NCBI GenBank assembly: GCA_012295275.1
Contig: CM022679.1
Coordinates: 27,776,001-27,840,000 of the forward strand
DNA: 64,000 nucleotides
Reading direction: 5' to 3'
Source of the DNA: Chrysomallon squamiferum
Lineage: Eukaryota > Animalia > Mollusca
Under the pieces are notes generated by a model that saw only the letters and a list, made by a program, of their open reading frames with translations, was not told the origin of the DNA and ran no database searches. The first letter of the stretch is position 1. Each line of letters opens with the position of its first letter. Shown one piece after another: positions 1 through 14,214 of the stretch. A program made the position numbers and the translations under genes.

Positions 1-39
1 TATCATATTTGTTAAAAAAGAACTAAACTGACGGGTATA

Positions 40-212
40 CAGGAATGTATGTATTTATACGTGTATGTCTATATGTGTGTGTGAATGTGTGTATGCATGT
101 ATATGTATGTATGTATGTGTGTATGTATATGTATGCATGTATATGCGTATATATGTATGTATGTGTGTGTATGTATGTATGTATATATTTATGTATGTAT
201 GTATGTATGTAT
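40..212. repeat. Compound (TATG)n/(TG)n microsatellite
   Basis: Directly visible low-complexity gtat/gt run; explains the spurious 55..252 ORF. Confidence 0.9.
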
Positions 213-390
213 TAATATTAATGTAAAAATACAGGTTAGTAAAGAACAACATTTTAAGTAATATTAATGTAAAAATACAGGTTAGTAAAGAACAACATTT
301 TAAGTAATATTAATGTAAAAATACAGGTTAGTAAAGAACAATATTTTAAATAATATTAATGTAAAAATAGAGGTTGGTAAAGTACAATAT
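212..390. repeat. 46-bp minisatellite, ~3.7 copies
   Basis: atgtaaaaatacaggttagtaaagaacaacattttaagtaatatta recurs at 221, 267, 313 and, degenerate, at 359. Confidence 0.9.
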
Positions 391-1173
391 CTAAGATAAC
401 GCAACAGAACTAAATTACTATATCCGTGGTAATATTACAATAAAATTAGTAAAGTAATACAGCATTATAACTAGAGCCACTAAAAAGACTCAGATAATAT
501 TACACTAATAAAAATGAGAAAGCAAAATATTAAACATACTGACAAAAAAAACAACAACAAAAAAACCTACAATAACAAGTTATCTTTATTCTGTAAAAAT
601 AATTAAATGCTTCATTAATTCACTTAATAACCTGCTTCATCTTTATATCCCATCATTCCATGCTTGCTTTAGCCTGCTGGGAAACGCTAGCCTCGGTTTG
701 GGGTCAATCGCTCTGTGAGGCGCGGTGAGGCGCGCGCGGACCTGATGTCGAACTGGAGAAAAGTAAAATAAACAAGAACAAGTGAGAAAATTATGAATGC
801 ATAAGACAGAAAAACAAGTTGACATTTGATGTGGTAATCATTGTTGAAGTTTGTGTCATACATGAAAGAACTAAAATAATATTTGTTGAAACATTGCGAC
901 TGAACACGTGCGTCACACGTGCATAATGACGTAAATGAGATTTAACTTTTTTCGTGTTAACAGTTTCGTGTGAAAGCCACAAATAAATGTGAAAATCAAA
1001 ACAGATGAAATCTGATATTTCTTTCAAATTTTCTCTTTTAAAAGTGAATACTTCCACTGCAGTGTCTGTCCATCCATCCATGTCGGTGTGTGTCTCTATA
1101 TACACACACACCTATGTACGTGTCTTTATGTCTATCTGACCGTCTATTTATATATCGACTATATTTAATCAAG

Positions 1174-1214
<41 letters not shown>

Positions 1215-2027
1215 TAATAATAAATATAATAATAATGGTAATGAAACAATTTTGTGTATACTGTAATAATCTATTATATCAGAAGAATAAAATCAGTACC
1301 TTTTCTTTCCTTTTTAAAATATATTTTACTTACCAATTATTTTATTAACTTTATTGATTTTCATATTCATATCTTATTTATAATTTATGATTTGGCGCAT
1401 TTTCTTCTCCTTTAATTCTCTCTTGTATCTGTGTAATACGCTTTTAAAAAAAAAAATACAAACATAATAATTTTTTCTTTCCCTCAACTTTTAAAATACA
1501 GAAATAAAATTATTTGTTTCATACATTCGGTAGGAATGTCTGTCTATTACTGTATGTTACATAATTTACAAAGAATAATTTTCAAAGAAAGAAAGAAGAA
1601 AGAATGCTGATTATTCGTTTAGCTGGCCAGTGTATACTCAACGATGCGAAACATTTTGGCGCCGAAATCAATGACCGTTTCTCGTCTGCAGACTTATATA
1701 AACAATTAATTTGTGTTTTTTCGTGCGTCGTTGTTTCATCAACATGTTTTATTCGGTGTTTGTGTTCAAATGCCATTAACAAGATAAGATGAATGTTCTG
1801 TTTTTCGCGCTCACACTGTTGAAAATGGCGGCAGCACCGCTCGACCTTTCCCTTGTTTACACTCGCCTCGATCAGATTTCATATTTCATGTTTTCACAGT
1901 TTTCACCTCCGAGTGTGAACGACTTCTCAAATTTATCTCTTTCAGGGTGAATCAACGAGCTTGCAGAGAAGTTTTTCATTTTTTAAATTTTATAAATATA
2001 AACTACGTCATCAGGATCTGCAAATAG

Positions 2028-2389
2028 ACATACGTACACACACATCCACATATACACAAATATATATATACGTACACACATAGATACATACATTCACACA
2101 TTCACAAATACACATACATGCACACACGCTCGTACTCGGACACGTATACATCATATATAGCATACACACACATACACATACATACACATACCTATACATG
2201 CAAACACATACACATATATAATTTATGCACACATACACACACATACACAGACACATACATATACAGACACATACATATACGTTACATTCACATATGCACT
2301 CAAAACCTGTCTCTCTCGCGCGCGCGCACACACACACACACACAACACACACCCACAGGCCCTATATACTGAAAGAGAAAACAACAGAC

Positions 2390-2463
<74 letters not shown>

Positions 2464-2517
2464 AACTTTACTCTGAATCTCGAACGTGTTTATTGGTATC
2501 TCTTACTCTAAAACAAA

Positions 2518-2566
<49 letters not shown>
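2028..2566. repeat. Microsatellite cluster (CA/TA mix, (GA)n, (TG)n)
   Basis: Directly visible; overlapping ORFs are low-complexity artefacts. Confidence 0.9.
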
Positions 2567-2570
<4 letters not shown>

Positions 2571-4747
2571 TAACATTGTGTTTATATTCAAAATAAACGT
2601 ATAAATATGTTAGAAAATGTGACTTTTAATGCCAGTTATAAAACAAGGTACGTGAAATGTAACGCTCTCTAATGGTGACATCTTAAATATAATCAGATCC
2701 CTGTCGTTAGTGCATGCGCACTTCTGATAACTCCTCAAAATCTCTTTGGTCATAACACAGACTTATGAGAAATCTGCAGTCGCCGCATTAATCCAGACAC
2801 GATTAGAGCTAATTTTTCGTGTGTAACGAGATTCTACGAGAAAGAAATAAAAATAACAGTAATATATATATATTTGTGTATTTAATTTGAATTCATTTAT
2901 TTTTTTAATGCATTTAATTATTCGAATTTCGTGGGTATGTTAGTAGTCGAAATAGATGAAAATATTTTCAAAAAGATACTTTACTCCAAAAAAAAAAAAA
3001 AAAAAAAAAAAGTTAATTTAAACATCAACGTATAATTCTGAGTGTGATATATTTCTTCTGTTTTCAACAATTTCAACATAACCATTATTAACTAATACAT
3101 AAATTATCTATCACATTTTAAATCTAAATAATTATAACACACATACCCACAAACACACACACACACAGATTTTGCTTCAAACTACTGAAATTTTATATTT
3201 AATACATATCTATATAATTATAACCCCAACCCTATATCTAATGTTAATGTGATGCATATGTAAATAAAATATAATTATAACTTATGCATATCTATATAAT
3301 TATATATCTGATACATATTTATATAAATTATATATTTGATACATACTTATATAAATTACATATCTCATAACATCTCTTTAAAGTTTATAACAAATACCAT
3401 ATGTTGTTATTAGTATAATATTTCATCTTTCTCGTATTATAGATTATATCAATATTCTTGAACGTAAATGGTGGAATATATGTATAAAGTAGGGGTGTAT
3501 CTACTGTAAAGCTGATAACACTCAGTCGAGGAGAGGCTGGAGAATTGACAGAGGGGTCTGTGCAGTGACCAGTCCACTGAAAAATACGGTGAACAACCCG
3601 ATGAAGAAGATAACAGTGGTTACCTAGACCTCGTTGTTTCACAGCCCCGAAACTGCAGATCTGGCACTGATTTTAAGTAGAGGAGGGACAGAAATATGAC
3701 GAGTAAAATGCACTACGTTAGTTTTAACTGACACATTCAGACAGTGAAGTAACTACGTTGTTACCTAACAGCCATGCGCACTAAGTTTTTCCCAATTACT
3801 GTTTGAACAAAATAAGTTTATTATTACTGTTCTCAGTTGCGTTTGGGTCAAAGTTTCCATGTTGTTGTTGTTTTATTTTCATCTTGGTTGAGGGAGAGAA
3901 CTACATTTTTACATTGAGATATAATCACAAACTGACACTTGTACATCATACATGACCGCAGTCCTCCCACGTACGCACGAGATGTTTTTAAATCTTTGTA
4001 GCAAGTACTCGCACTCCGACAGAGCACTGGGTAGGTTTCACTGTCAAACACATTAACGAGCGAGATTTTTCCTCAACTTGTAACAATATTTACTTTCCCG
4101 TCGTTTCAAATCTTTCTGTCTGATTTTACCTTACGCTACGCGATACCGGAAAGCGAAACAGCAGCATTTCCAAAACATGCTGTAACTTTGTCCAGATGTA
4201 ATATTTAAAACAAACTCACTTCATTTAGCACGCTAATGTTTATTGAACACGATATTCCCTTTTCCACCTGTGCTGGGATTGAGTTCGTTTTCATAAGACG
4301 ATTTTCTACACGACATTCATGCCTAACACGAAACTGTTGATAATTTTTCGACAAGAAGGCAACAAGCGTTTATGTTCGTTTACGAAATCCAACGCAAGTG
4401 AAGTATGCACGTTTTCTCAAAGTCGCACGTGTAGCTAATACAGTCGTTTGATGTTTTTAGCACTCAGAAAACGACGTACAATGTCGGCAATACAAACATT
4501 GTCGTTGTTTTTATTTTACTTTATTTTATTTATTTTATTTATTTATTATTTTTTATTTTTATTTTTTTTTTTCTCACTTTTTTTAACTCCTGAAATAGAC
4601 TGTTCGTCTGCAGTGTTTAATTAGCTCACATACAGATGTTATTGTGTTTCCTTATTAACTTAGTATACAGCGTATCACTAACAGATATTTCTGTTTTACA
4701 ATATGTAAACTGATATATTAAATTACAAACTTTATTTTAAAAACGTG

Positions 4748-4778
<31 letters not shown>

Positions 4779-4891
4779 CAACAACATTTCTCCTATTTAG
4801 AAGCTGACAGTTTTATGTCTTTGAAAGATTTTATTTTATTTTTTTGTTTTGTTTTGTTTTATTTATTCCTTCCTTCCTTCATTCATTCATT

Positions 4892-4922
<31 letters not shown>

Positions 4923-5462
4923 CTTATCCCTGTTTTTCATCTACTTTTTTTTTTTTTTTTTGTATCTGGTCTAATACAATTAATTAATAGTTTTCACTTT
5001 TTTTGTAGAATAATAAAAAAGATGATTCATAGTTGTAAATGAACAAAGTTACAGTTGTAGTAATAATAATAACTGTAGTAGTGTAGCAGTAGTCAGCAGT
5101 GGAAGTAACAACAATTGTCAGTAATGGTAATAGTAGTAGTAGTAACAGTTGTAAGAGAGAGATCAGTTAAAGAAAATAAATAAACTAACAACAAAAATAA
5201 ATAGAACAACGTAAAATAAGAAAAATAAATGATCAACAAGAAAAAGAGAGAAAGAATCAAGATGAATTAAATTAAAGGATCTCTCTTTGAGGTAAACGGA
5301 AAACGTCGGCCATTTTCTGAAATATTCGGAAACAAAGCTCTGGGTTTGCAGCAGTTTAAAACCAAGAAACAAACTGTACAGTTTATCTCAATGATTTTCT
5401 GTGTAATTCCGTGAGAGCTATCTTTGCTACTACTACCACCACCACCACCACCACCACTACTT

Positions 5463-5498
<36 letters not shown>

Positions 5499-6866
5499 AT
5501 AATAATAATAATAATAGAAGTAGTAAGTAAATAAATAAATAATGCAAAGTATATATATTTATGGAAATATGAAACTGAACTAAATAAATACGAAATTAAT
5601 AATTATATCTCTATTTATGTTTATATATATATTATTATAAGGATTATTGAAATTACCGGAATTTTAAACTGTGACTGTTTATTTAATTAATAAATTAACA
5701 AAAAAATAACGATGATGATGATGATGATGACAATAATAATAATAAATAAATAAATAAATAAATAAATAAGAGAGAAAGAAACCTAAAAGAAGAAAGAAAA
5801 GTTTAATTAATGATTTTCTAGCTAGTTTTCAGCCCACGACTCGTCACAGTTTCATTTCGACTCCTACACATTTCACTATAGTCTCCTTGCCTCCTTTTGT
5901 ATTAACCCCTTCAGTTGTCAGCCTCCGCCGCAAACAAAGCACAGCATACAAAGTTTCGAGTTTTAAACAAATTAATGCTTTCTAACTGGTGTATTTATTT
6001 TATTTGACATTTTTCAAGATTGCATTAGTATGGACTGACGTTTTTAATTAGAAATACGTTTACAACAATGACAACAACAACAACAATAACATATATATAT
6101 TTGTTCGTGTGTGTGTAATTACTATAAAATAAAAATAAATTGAAAAGTAGGATTTTGGAAACTTCCGTATTACTTTTTGTACTTCTTACATATAAATTTG
6201 TCATATTATTATCTTCATAGTCTTCATCATCATTTTTATTACTATTTTCATTATTATTATTGTTGTTGTTGTTATCATTAACATCATCATTATTTTTAAT
6301 TTTATTATCATCATTATTATTGTTGTTGTTTTTGTTGTTATTATTATTATTATTAATGTATGTTGTAAACGATTTTTTGTAACGAAGTAAAATAAAGCCA
6401 GTAAAACATACTACAACAAGGTTGAAAGTGAAAAAAAAAAAAATCCTTTCAAAAGAGAATAAATAACAGATAAAAAGAAAGAAAGAAAGAAAAAGAAAAT
6501 TAATATATATATAATTTATATTTTGTTTTAATCGATACTATTCTTACGCTAACCGAAAATTCTGTTTCATTAAATAAAAACAAAACGTAAAAGTGAATTA
6601 TTTATTTTTAAAAATAATATATAACTTGTCATAAACGAAGTTTATTAACATTTTCTGAGATCAAAATTTTAAAAAAAGGCAATGAACAAGTAATTTGTTC
6701 TACATAATTATGTGTATTATGAAGTTTTATTTATTTATTTGTTTATTTATTTTATTTTATTTTATTTTATTTTATTCATTCATTTATTCATTCATTCATT
6801 TATTCTTATTCAATAAAAAAGAAAGAAAATAAACTAAATATGAATAATATTTCATACATCTCGTTC

Positions 6867-6913
<47 letters not shown>

Positions 6914-7389
6914 TTATTCACTGTTCAGGTTTCGTTTATTTATTTTTCTCATCTTTATTGATTTCGTCCATTATTTCCTTTTATTTCCTTTACTATAACA
7001 TATTGTAGCTGCTGTAGTTGTTATCTTTAATGGTTGTAGTAATAAGACAATGCAGTAGAAATAGTAGTAGTAGTAATAATCGAAGAAACAAATTAGAATT
7101 TGCTATATTCATTTCAAAGAAAAAGAGTTTCTGTTTTAGTCGTGAAAAAATGAGGGTTATTCGAAATAGAAGAAATATATTATTATTTTTTTTTTTTATT
7201 ATTATTGCTACAAACAATAACAACAGTAGTTGTTATTTCTTATAGTAAAGGAAATAAAAAGAAATTACGGACAAAATATAATAAAGATTAAAAAAAACTA
7301 CAACGAAATCTGAACACTAAATAACTTATAATATACGTTTCTAATATTAAAATAAATTAATGAAATAAATAAATAAACAAATAAACAAA

Positions 7390-7436
<47 letters not shown>

Positions 7437-7625
7437 TTAAATAATCAGAGCGCGGGAGTGAGAGAGATAAAGAACATAGTTTCGTTATTTAAACGATTAC
7501 AAACGACAACAAAATTTGTTTCTTTGAAATTTATTTATTAATATAAATAATACCTTGTATAGTTTAATTTTAAGAAACATTTTGTGCATAGTGAAAAACA
7601 ATTTATAATAATAATAATAATAATA

Positions 7626-7659
<34 letters not shown>

Positions 7660-8165
7660 CGATGATGATGATGATGATGATAATAATAATAAAAACTATA
7701 GAAAGGATAATAATTTAAAATAAATAAACAAATTCAATAAATTATAATGAAAAGTCAGCCAAATTTTATCAACAATTTGACATTCTAATCTGATTTTTCT
7801 AGGAAAGTGACCTCCAGTTAAAACTAAACATGTATAGTATTTACATTATACTTAATATAATAACAATGATATAAATGTTAATAATAATAATAATAATAAT
7901 AAAAACTTGGGAAAAATAATAATAAAAGGAAAGAAAGGAAAAAATAAAAATAAAAACAAGAAACGCGCTCGAAACATTAAATAAAATTCCATTAAAACTC
8001 ACCTTCAATGGAAATTAGATTTGAAAATACAAAATAAGCAATAAGTAATTTAGTCATACTTAGACAAAAGTTTAAACTATTAGAAATCTGTCAGTTTTTC
8101 ACATTTTACAAATTTATTTGACCGAATTAATTTTTACGTTCACAAAATTTCGTCTTAGAATGACG

Positions 8166-8882
8166 TCACAATCCTGCCGCCGTCACAACATTTCTCAAAG
8201 GCATGTCCGACAACTCAGAATTTCCGGTCATACTCGGACACTTGGCTGGCTGACAGGTGTCGCTTTCTGTTAATTTTCGCTTCCGCCCTCCACGTCTCCT
8301 TCCCCTGCGGTCCCCGCCTGTTATGTCCTTAATAGCTTTAATCTCAACACCTGTACTTTTCAAAATACTCGCTAAAGCAGATATGTAATGAATGGCCAAT
8401 CGCAGAGTTGCAATTTTAGACAGTTTTTGATGTTCACTCAAATTGGATTTCGGCACGACGTTTCTCAAATCATCAAAGGCATCGTTTAACAGATGCATTC
8501 TTGATCTTTCCCGCATTGTCGCGCCTTCTCTCTGGTAATCCGGCATTCCTTGCTTAGGTCGTTGCCTCTGATGAAGATAGGGTTTGGACGACGTAGTTAC
8601 ATGGAATCCCAGATGGTTTGTGAACTGGGTGGAGTGGTTGTTTGAGTACTGGTAGACTTGTTCAGGGTACAGCTGCGACTGGTCACTGTCGCTGTAAGGT
8701 GCGTATTGTGACCAGGAGGTTCCCGCCAGGTTAGAAGAGTTGGTGTTACACGGCGAGGCGCACACGTTGTATCCACAGTGGTTGTCTTGGTAAGCAGAAT
8801 ACGACAAATGCTCGTGACTTTGAAATTGTCCACAGACAGCTGAACAATCCATTACAAAATTTTCTTGTCCATTCACAATCAT
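8166..8882 (-). CDS. Intronless group A (Atonal/Twist superclass) bHLH transcription factor, 238 aa, family unassigned
   Basis: ORF contains b[60 protein letters not shown] with ERxR, LNxAFxxLR and KLSKxxTLRLAxxYI signatures; C-terminal NLS-like [12 protein letters not shown]; GC content elevated relative to flanks. Confidence 0.93.
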   Translation of the reverse strand: MIVNGQENFVMDCSAVCGQFQSHEHLSYSAYQDNHCGYNVCASPCNTNSSNLAGTSWSQYAPYSDSDQSQLYPEQVYQYSNNHSTQFTNHLGFHVTTSSKPYLHQRQRPKQGMPDYQREGATMRERSRMHLLNDAFDDLRNVVPKSNLSEHQKLSKIATLRLAIHYISALASILKSTGVEIKAIKDITGGDRRGRRRGGRKRKLTESDTCQPAKCPSMTGNSELSDMPLRNVVTAAGL

Positions 8883-9019
8883 TTTTAATATTTTATTTTC
8901 AAATTATTATAGTGCTGTTGTTATTTATTATTATAGATTATTATTATTATTATTTAAACTTATGTTACTTGTTTCTTAACAGTAAAATTAAAAACTGCTT
9001 CTGGTGATGAAATTCTGTC

Positions 9020-9440
9020 AATAATGTGCCTGTCAGACTGCGAGTAAAAAAGTATCGAAGCCATCTAGCGAATGGCGCTGATTTTTACGCTTTATACTCA
9101 AACGTCAGAGTCCGAGGATCGCGTTACGCTGCGTCTAGACTCCGCTCACCAAGGAAGGCGGAGCGTCGCGAAGGACGCTTCGGCAGATTTCGCCAATTAT
9201 CCGTGGCGATCATTTTCGCAGATAGTGAGATCACGCGAGGGCCCCGGGTTTCTCTAAATATTATTACTACTTGATCCTCCCGGAATCTTCAGTTCTCGTG
9301 CTGAACAAACTCGAGTAAAAAATATTTGAAAACAACGACAACTAATTTGGCGAGGATATAATTAACAAGCTGACGAGATTAGAACGCTGTATTAGAATCC
9401 GCGTCTTGTTGTGACATGCGAGATTACCTAACATGTAGTT
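9020..9440. promoter_or_regulatory. CpG-rich segment between divergent bHLH and F-box genes; probable promoter, possibly bidirectional
   Basis: Dense CpG/CGCG in an AT-rich background, ~140 bp upstream of the bHLH ATG. The F-box ATG is preceded by an acceptor-like tttcccgttttctag|caccATG, implying an upstream UTR exon. Confidence 0.5.
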
Positions 9441-9774
9441 TACATGCCGAATGTTCGAGAATTTTCTGGTTCAGCTACTAACCAAGGATGATAAATCACA
9501 GAAAACTGTTTTATCATTTTATGATCGTCTTGATGGTTAATACACACTCCGGCTTCACAGAAATAGCAACCTTGTGTTTTTATTACTGTTTAATTTCATA
9601 ACAAATTTTTGTCTTAGATGTTCTTTTGATGATTTAAAAATTGTTCACTTCTGAAACGAAATAACGTGGAATGTTGTTAGCATGATTATTAATTATGTAA
9701 CAGTGAAAACAGCATCTTAATGTTTTGTTTATTATTTTTCTTTCTTTCTTTCTTTCTTTCTTGTTGTTGTTGTA

Positions 9775-9882
<108 letters not shown>

Positions 9883-10391
9883 TTAATATTTTTTATAAAT
9901 ATATATTTATTTAATGTCAAACGATTTATTTCTGGTAAAAGAAAAAGATAATTTTTAACGTTTTACATTGTTTCAAGAGTCTTTTCCTTTTATATTTTAT
10001 TTTATTTTAATTTGTTTTATTATTCTATATAAATTGTGAATGATACACATCACAGAGTTAAAAGTTCTCACACAGTTAACTGATGATTATTGTATTTCTT
10101 CCTTTTATTAGAAATAAACACACACACACACACACACACATTTAGATATAAATGATTCAACGAATATATAAATGAATAAATAAACAACTAACTGAAATAA
10201 GTAAACAAGTAAATGCAAAGAAAATTGTCTTCCTTTCACTAACTTATTTTCAATATACTCATCTCCTCTGACGTAATAATTCATTGTAACTTTAGTGACG
10301 TCATGCAATTGTAGCTCTTCGCCCTTACAGTATGCATTAGTTTCCCAAATTACTCTTTGTTGCATGAAAACGTTTCCCGTTTTCTAGCACC

Positions 10392-11389
10392 ATGCACAAG
10401 CACGAGAAACCAGCGAAGAACGAGCGGCTGTGGAACAACCTGCCTGACACTGTTCTGCTCGACATCTACCGCTGTCTGCAAGATCCCGACAGAGTGAACA
10501 TGGCGATGACGTGCAAAAATTGGAACAGAATTTTCTCATCTCCTTGTTTGTGGAGAATCTGGTACATCGAAATCGGAGGCTTCAACTATGTTTCAACAGG
10601 AGACAGAATTTGTAAATTTGCTCAAAGTCACGGAGATCATCCGAAATATTTGTTCCTGTCTTATGACCACCGACGTCATCACTCTAAGAAATCTGTTCAA
10701 AGAATCATCGACGAATTTTTAGAGAAGATCCACAACGCAAAGTTAATTCATTTCGAATTTCAAAACGCTAGCTTTCTCTTTGAAACTCTGAAAGAACGAA
10801 TAGCAGAAAGTTTCGCGCGCTTTTTTCGTGGGCAGACGAACTTGATTAATTTCAGCATGAGTCGCGCTCAAACATCCGTGGCGAGTGGATGTCGAGTAAT
10901 GCAAGCTCTTGGAGCCGCGGCTGGTAACACAATTAAAAATCTGGATATAGAACACTTTTTTGATTCTGGATTGGCAATGTTTCAAGAAATACAATTTGTT
11001 AATGCTTTATCCAAATTTACCAATCTCTCCTATCTCTCCTTGAACTATAGCTGCTTATCAGACGACATTTTGGAGTGTATGGTTGAAAATCTTTCTGGAA
11101 AATTGAAACGTATTAGTTGCATGGTATTCATTTTACTTACCTTTATTATGCTGAGTATTGTACATCCTTTCTCAGATCTAGAGTTCAAATACAGATAAAT
11201 CTGTCAAAAGTAAACTCAGTACAACGACAGACAAAAAACACGTACGGTGTTTGTCATAGTAAAACCTGCGCTTTACAGACTGTTACAAGCATCAGTGTCT
11301 TTAAAACATTTGTTTTGTTAAATTCGTTCATTTTGAGACAAACTATTTCTAACTGTCACTCTTTTACCCTCTTCTTCTTCTTCTTTGTC

Positions 11390-11463
<74 letters not shown>

Positions 11464-12066
11464 TTTATTATTAAATTGTAAATTTAAAAAATAATAACAA
11501 TATTTATTTATTTATTTAGTTACTTTGTTATTTATTATATTTGTAGTTGTTGTTGACAATAAACAATTCCAGAGCAGACTTTAACATTTAGAAAAAAAAA
11601 AAGGAAAAAAATTCTGTCAAGTTTCATCAGTTTTGAAGGAGAGATTTTATCACGTAGAAAATAAGTCTTAAAGCTGTTTCACAAGTTCATTAACTGAAAC
11701 ACAATAATCGTTGGGTTATAAAAACACAAAACAACAACAGTAATACTTATAGTAGTAGTAATAATAATAATGATGATGATGATGATACAATGACAGTAGT
11801 AACAGTACTAGTAGCAGGAGCAGTTGTAGCTGTAGTAGTAGTAATAATGATAATAATGATGATGATAATGATGACGATGATGGTTATATCAGATAATTCA
11901 GAAGGAGAAAACGATGAAGGTGAAATATAAAAATAAATAATGTAATTAGTTGTGGATCAGGAAGAAAACGACAAAAGTCTTTAGAATTTTACGTAAATTA
12001 TTCATTTTTTTCTTCTTTTCTTATTTAAATCTATATTCTTTTGCTTTCAGTATTATTGGTGCCACA

Positions 12067-12147
<81 letters not shown>

Positions 12148-13173
12148 CTAAAAAATATAATTATAATAATAATAAAACAGTTAAAACAAATTTCTAAAAA
12201 TTACAATAGAAAAACATAGTATTTCTAAAATGTTTGTCATTATTCATTCTTTTTCTAATTTTTTTCTCTCGTTTAATATAATTAGTAATTCATTTAGCGT
12301 TCTTTCTTTTCAGATTTCTAGAACCGATCCGTGTTTTCATCGAATTTCATCAGCATCGTGGAAAAAACTGAAAATCGTTTGTCCACAGCTCTCTGTCGAC
12401 TTTTGGTTCGACAATATCAGCACGTCGTCTGATATCATACGGGTACTTGCACCGGAAGCGCCAGTAATCATGATTCACATAGATAACAGATTCGACCCCA
12501 GTGCCATCTGGTTGCATCTCAGTGGAACAATTGATCACATCAAAATGCACCACAGACAGATAGGTACTAGATGCCACTTGAATCAGTTACTAATTGATCA
12601 CATCAAAATGCTCCACAGACAGATAGGTACTAGATGCCACTTGAATCAGTTACTAATTGATCACATCAAAATGCTCCACAGACAGATAGGTACTAGATGC
12701 CACTTGAATCAGTTACTAATTGATCACATCAAAATGCACCACAGACAGATAGGTACTAGATGCCACTTGAATCAGTTACTAATTGATCACATCAAAATGC
12801 ACCACAGACAGATAGGTACTAGATGCCACTTGAATCAGTTACTAATTGATCACATCAAAATGCACCACAGACAGATAGGTACTAGATGCCACTTGAATCA
12901 GTTACTAATTGATCACATCAAAATGCACCACAGACAGATAGGTACTAGATGCCACTTGAATCAGTTACTAATTGATCACATCAAAATGCACCACAGACAG
13001 ATAGGTACTAGATGCCACTTGAATCAGTTACTAGAATAAACGTCAACGTACTTGGTCGATCAGTGGTAGCAAGAGTTGTAGTAGTAGTAGTTGCAGTAGC
13101 AACAACAGAAGCAGAAGAAACAGCAGTAGCAGCAATATCAATAGAAGTAGTAGTAGTAGTAGTAGTACTAGTA

Positions 13174-13249
<76 letters not shown>

Positions 13250-13715
13250 TAGGAGTAGTAGTAGCAGCAGCAGTAGCAGTAGAGTAGTAGTGATAGAAGT
13301 GGTACTGATAGTAACATCATCATAAACAACAATCAGTTTCAGTATTGTTTAGATGCTGTTTACTTCGCTTTGTTTGGATGATTAGTCCTCTTTCCGTTTT
13401 GTCTTTCAGTTATTAGTTCTGTTATTTTACAGTTGTCTTTTCTATCAAACTGCACAATAACCACGAATCTATCGATAACAGTCTTGTTTCCATGGTAACT
13501 CAGTGCAAAGCTCTTCGGGAACTTTTTGTCAGATCCGTTCTGAGTGCGGCGACCATAGACAAAATTTGTACCTTACAGTCAGAAAACAAGATAGGTACGA
13601 AACATTTATTGATTTCATAGCCAAAACAACGTAGAGATTTAAAACAACAACATTAATGATAGTAGCAGAAGCGTTAGTAGTAGAAGTAATTTTATTAGTA
13701 TACATCAGCAAAAAT

Positions 13716-13773
<58 letters not shown>

Positions 13774-14214
13774 TTTATTTGAAAATTTTAAATTTGTGAA
13801 ATTATCATAGAATATGTAAAGTGTCTTTTGTAACGAGAGAAAATCGATTTGTTATATTTCAAAATACTTTCTTTTTACTAATAATGTTATCTAATATAAT
13901 TATTTCTTCAACACAATCATCTTACTTTTTGTCATCATCATCATCATCATCACAATCTCTGTTCATTTTAGTTTACGTCACTACTTTAGTTAATTTTTAT
14001 TTTTATTTTGCTTTATTTTTAACTTACTTTTTTAATTAATAAATACACAAACTAATTTGGTTCAGATCTGCACACGTGTCACGTGACTACGTGTGGTCTG
14101 ACAGAAGTGGATTACGTGGAGCTGATGTACGTAAGTCAGAAGCATGTTTCACTTTTGCAAAGTCACCAACGAGATTTTCAAATTAGAGCCACGCCAGGCA
14201 GTCTCGGATTATAA
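10392..14214 (+). CDS. F-box/leucine-rich-repeat protein (FBXO39/FBXL8-like), ~430 aa; exons 10392-11123, 12314-12563, 13433-13594, 14066-14214
   Basis: N-terminal F-box WNNLPDTVLLDIYRCLQDPDRVNMAMTCKNWNRIFSSPCLWR; LRR-like segments (LSKFTNLSYLSLNY; ISSASWKKLKIVCPQL); GT-AG junctions with phases 0,1,1 give an open frame to TAA at 14212-14214. The exon 2 donor choice and last exon are less certain. Confidence 0.85.
12529..13032 (+). repeat. 63-bp tandem repeat x8 spanning the F-box exon 2 donor
   Basis: Unit aattgatcacatcaaaatgcaccacagacagatag|gtactagatgccacttgaatcagttact; 8 x 63 = 504 bp; near-identical copies. Confidence 0.97.
13070..13300. repeat. (GTA)n/(GCA)n trinucleotide microsatellite
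   Basis: Directly visible; source of the poly-Val ORF. Confidence 0.9.

Noticed and set aside
3490-3710. GC-richer block as a coding exon
   Set aside because: Stops in the plus frames examined, weak splice signals, no recognisable protein.
12529-13032. CRISPR-like array interpretation of this and other regular repeats
   Set aside because: Units are head-to-tail with no unique spacers, there are no cas genes, and the DNA is eukaryotic.
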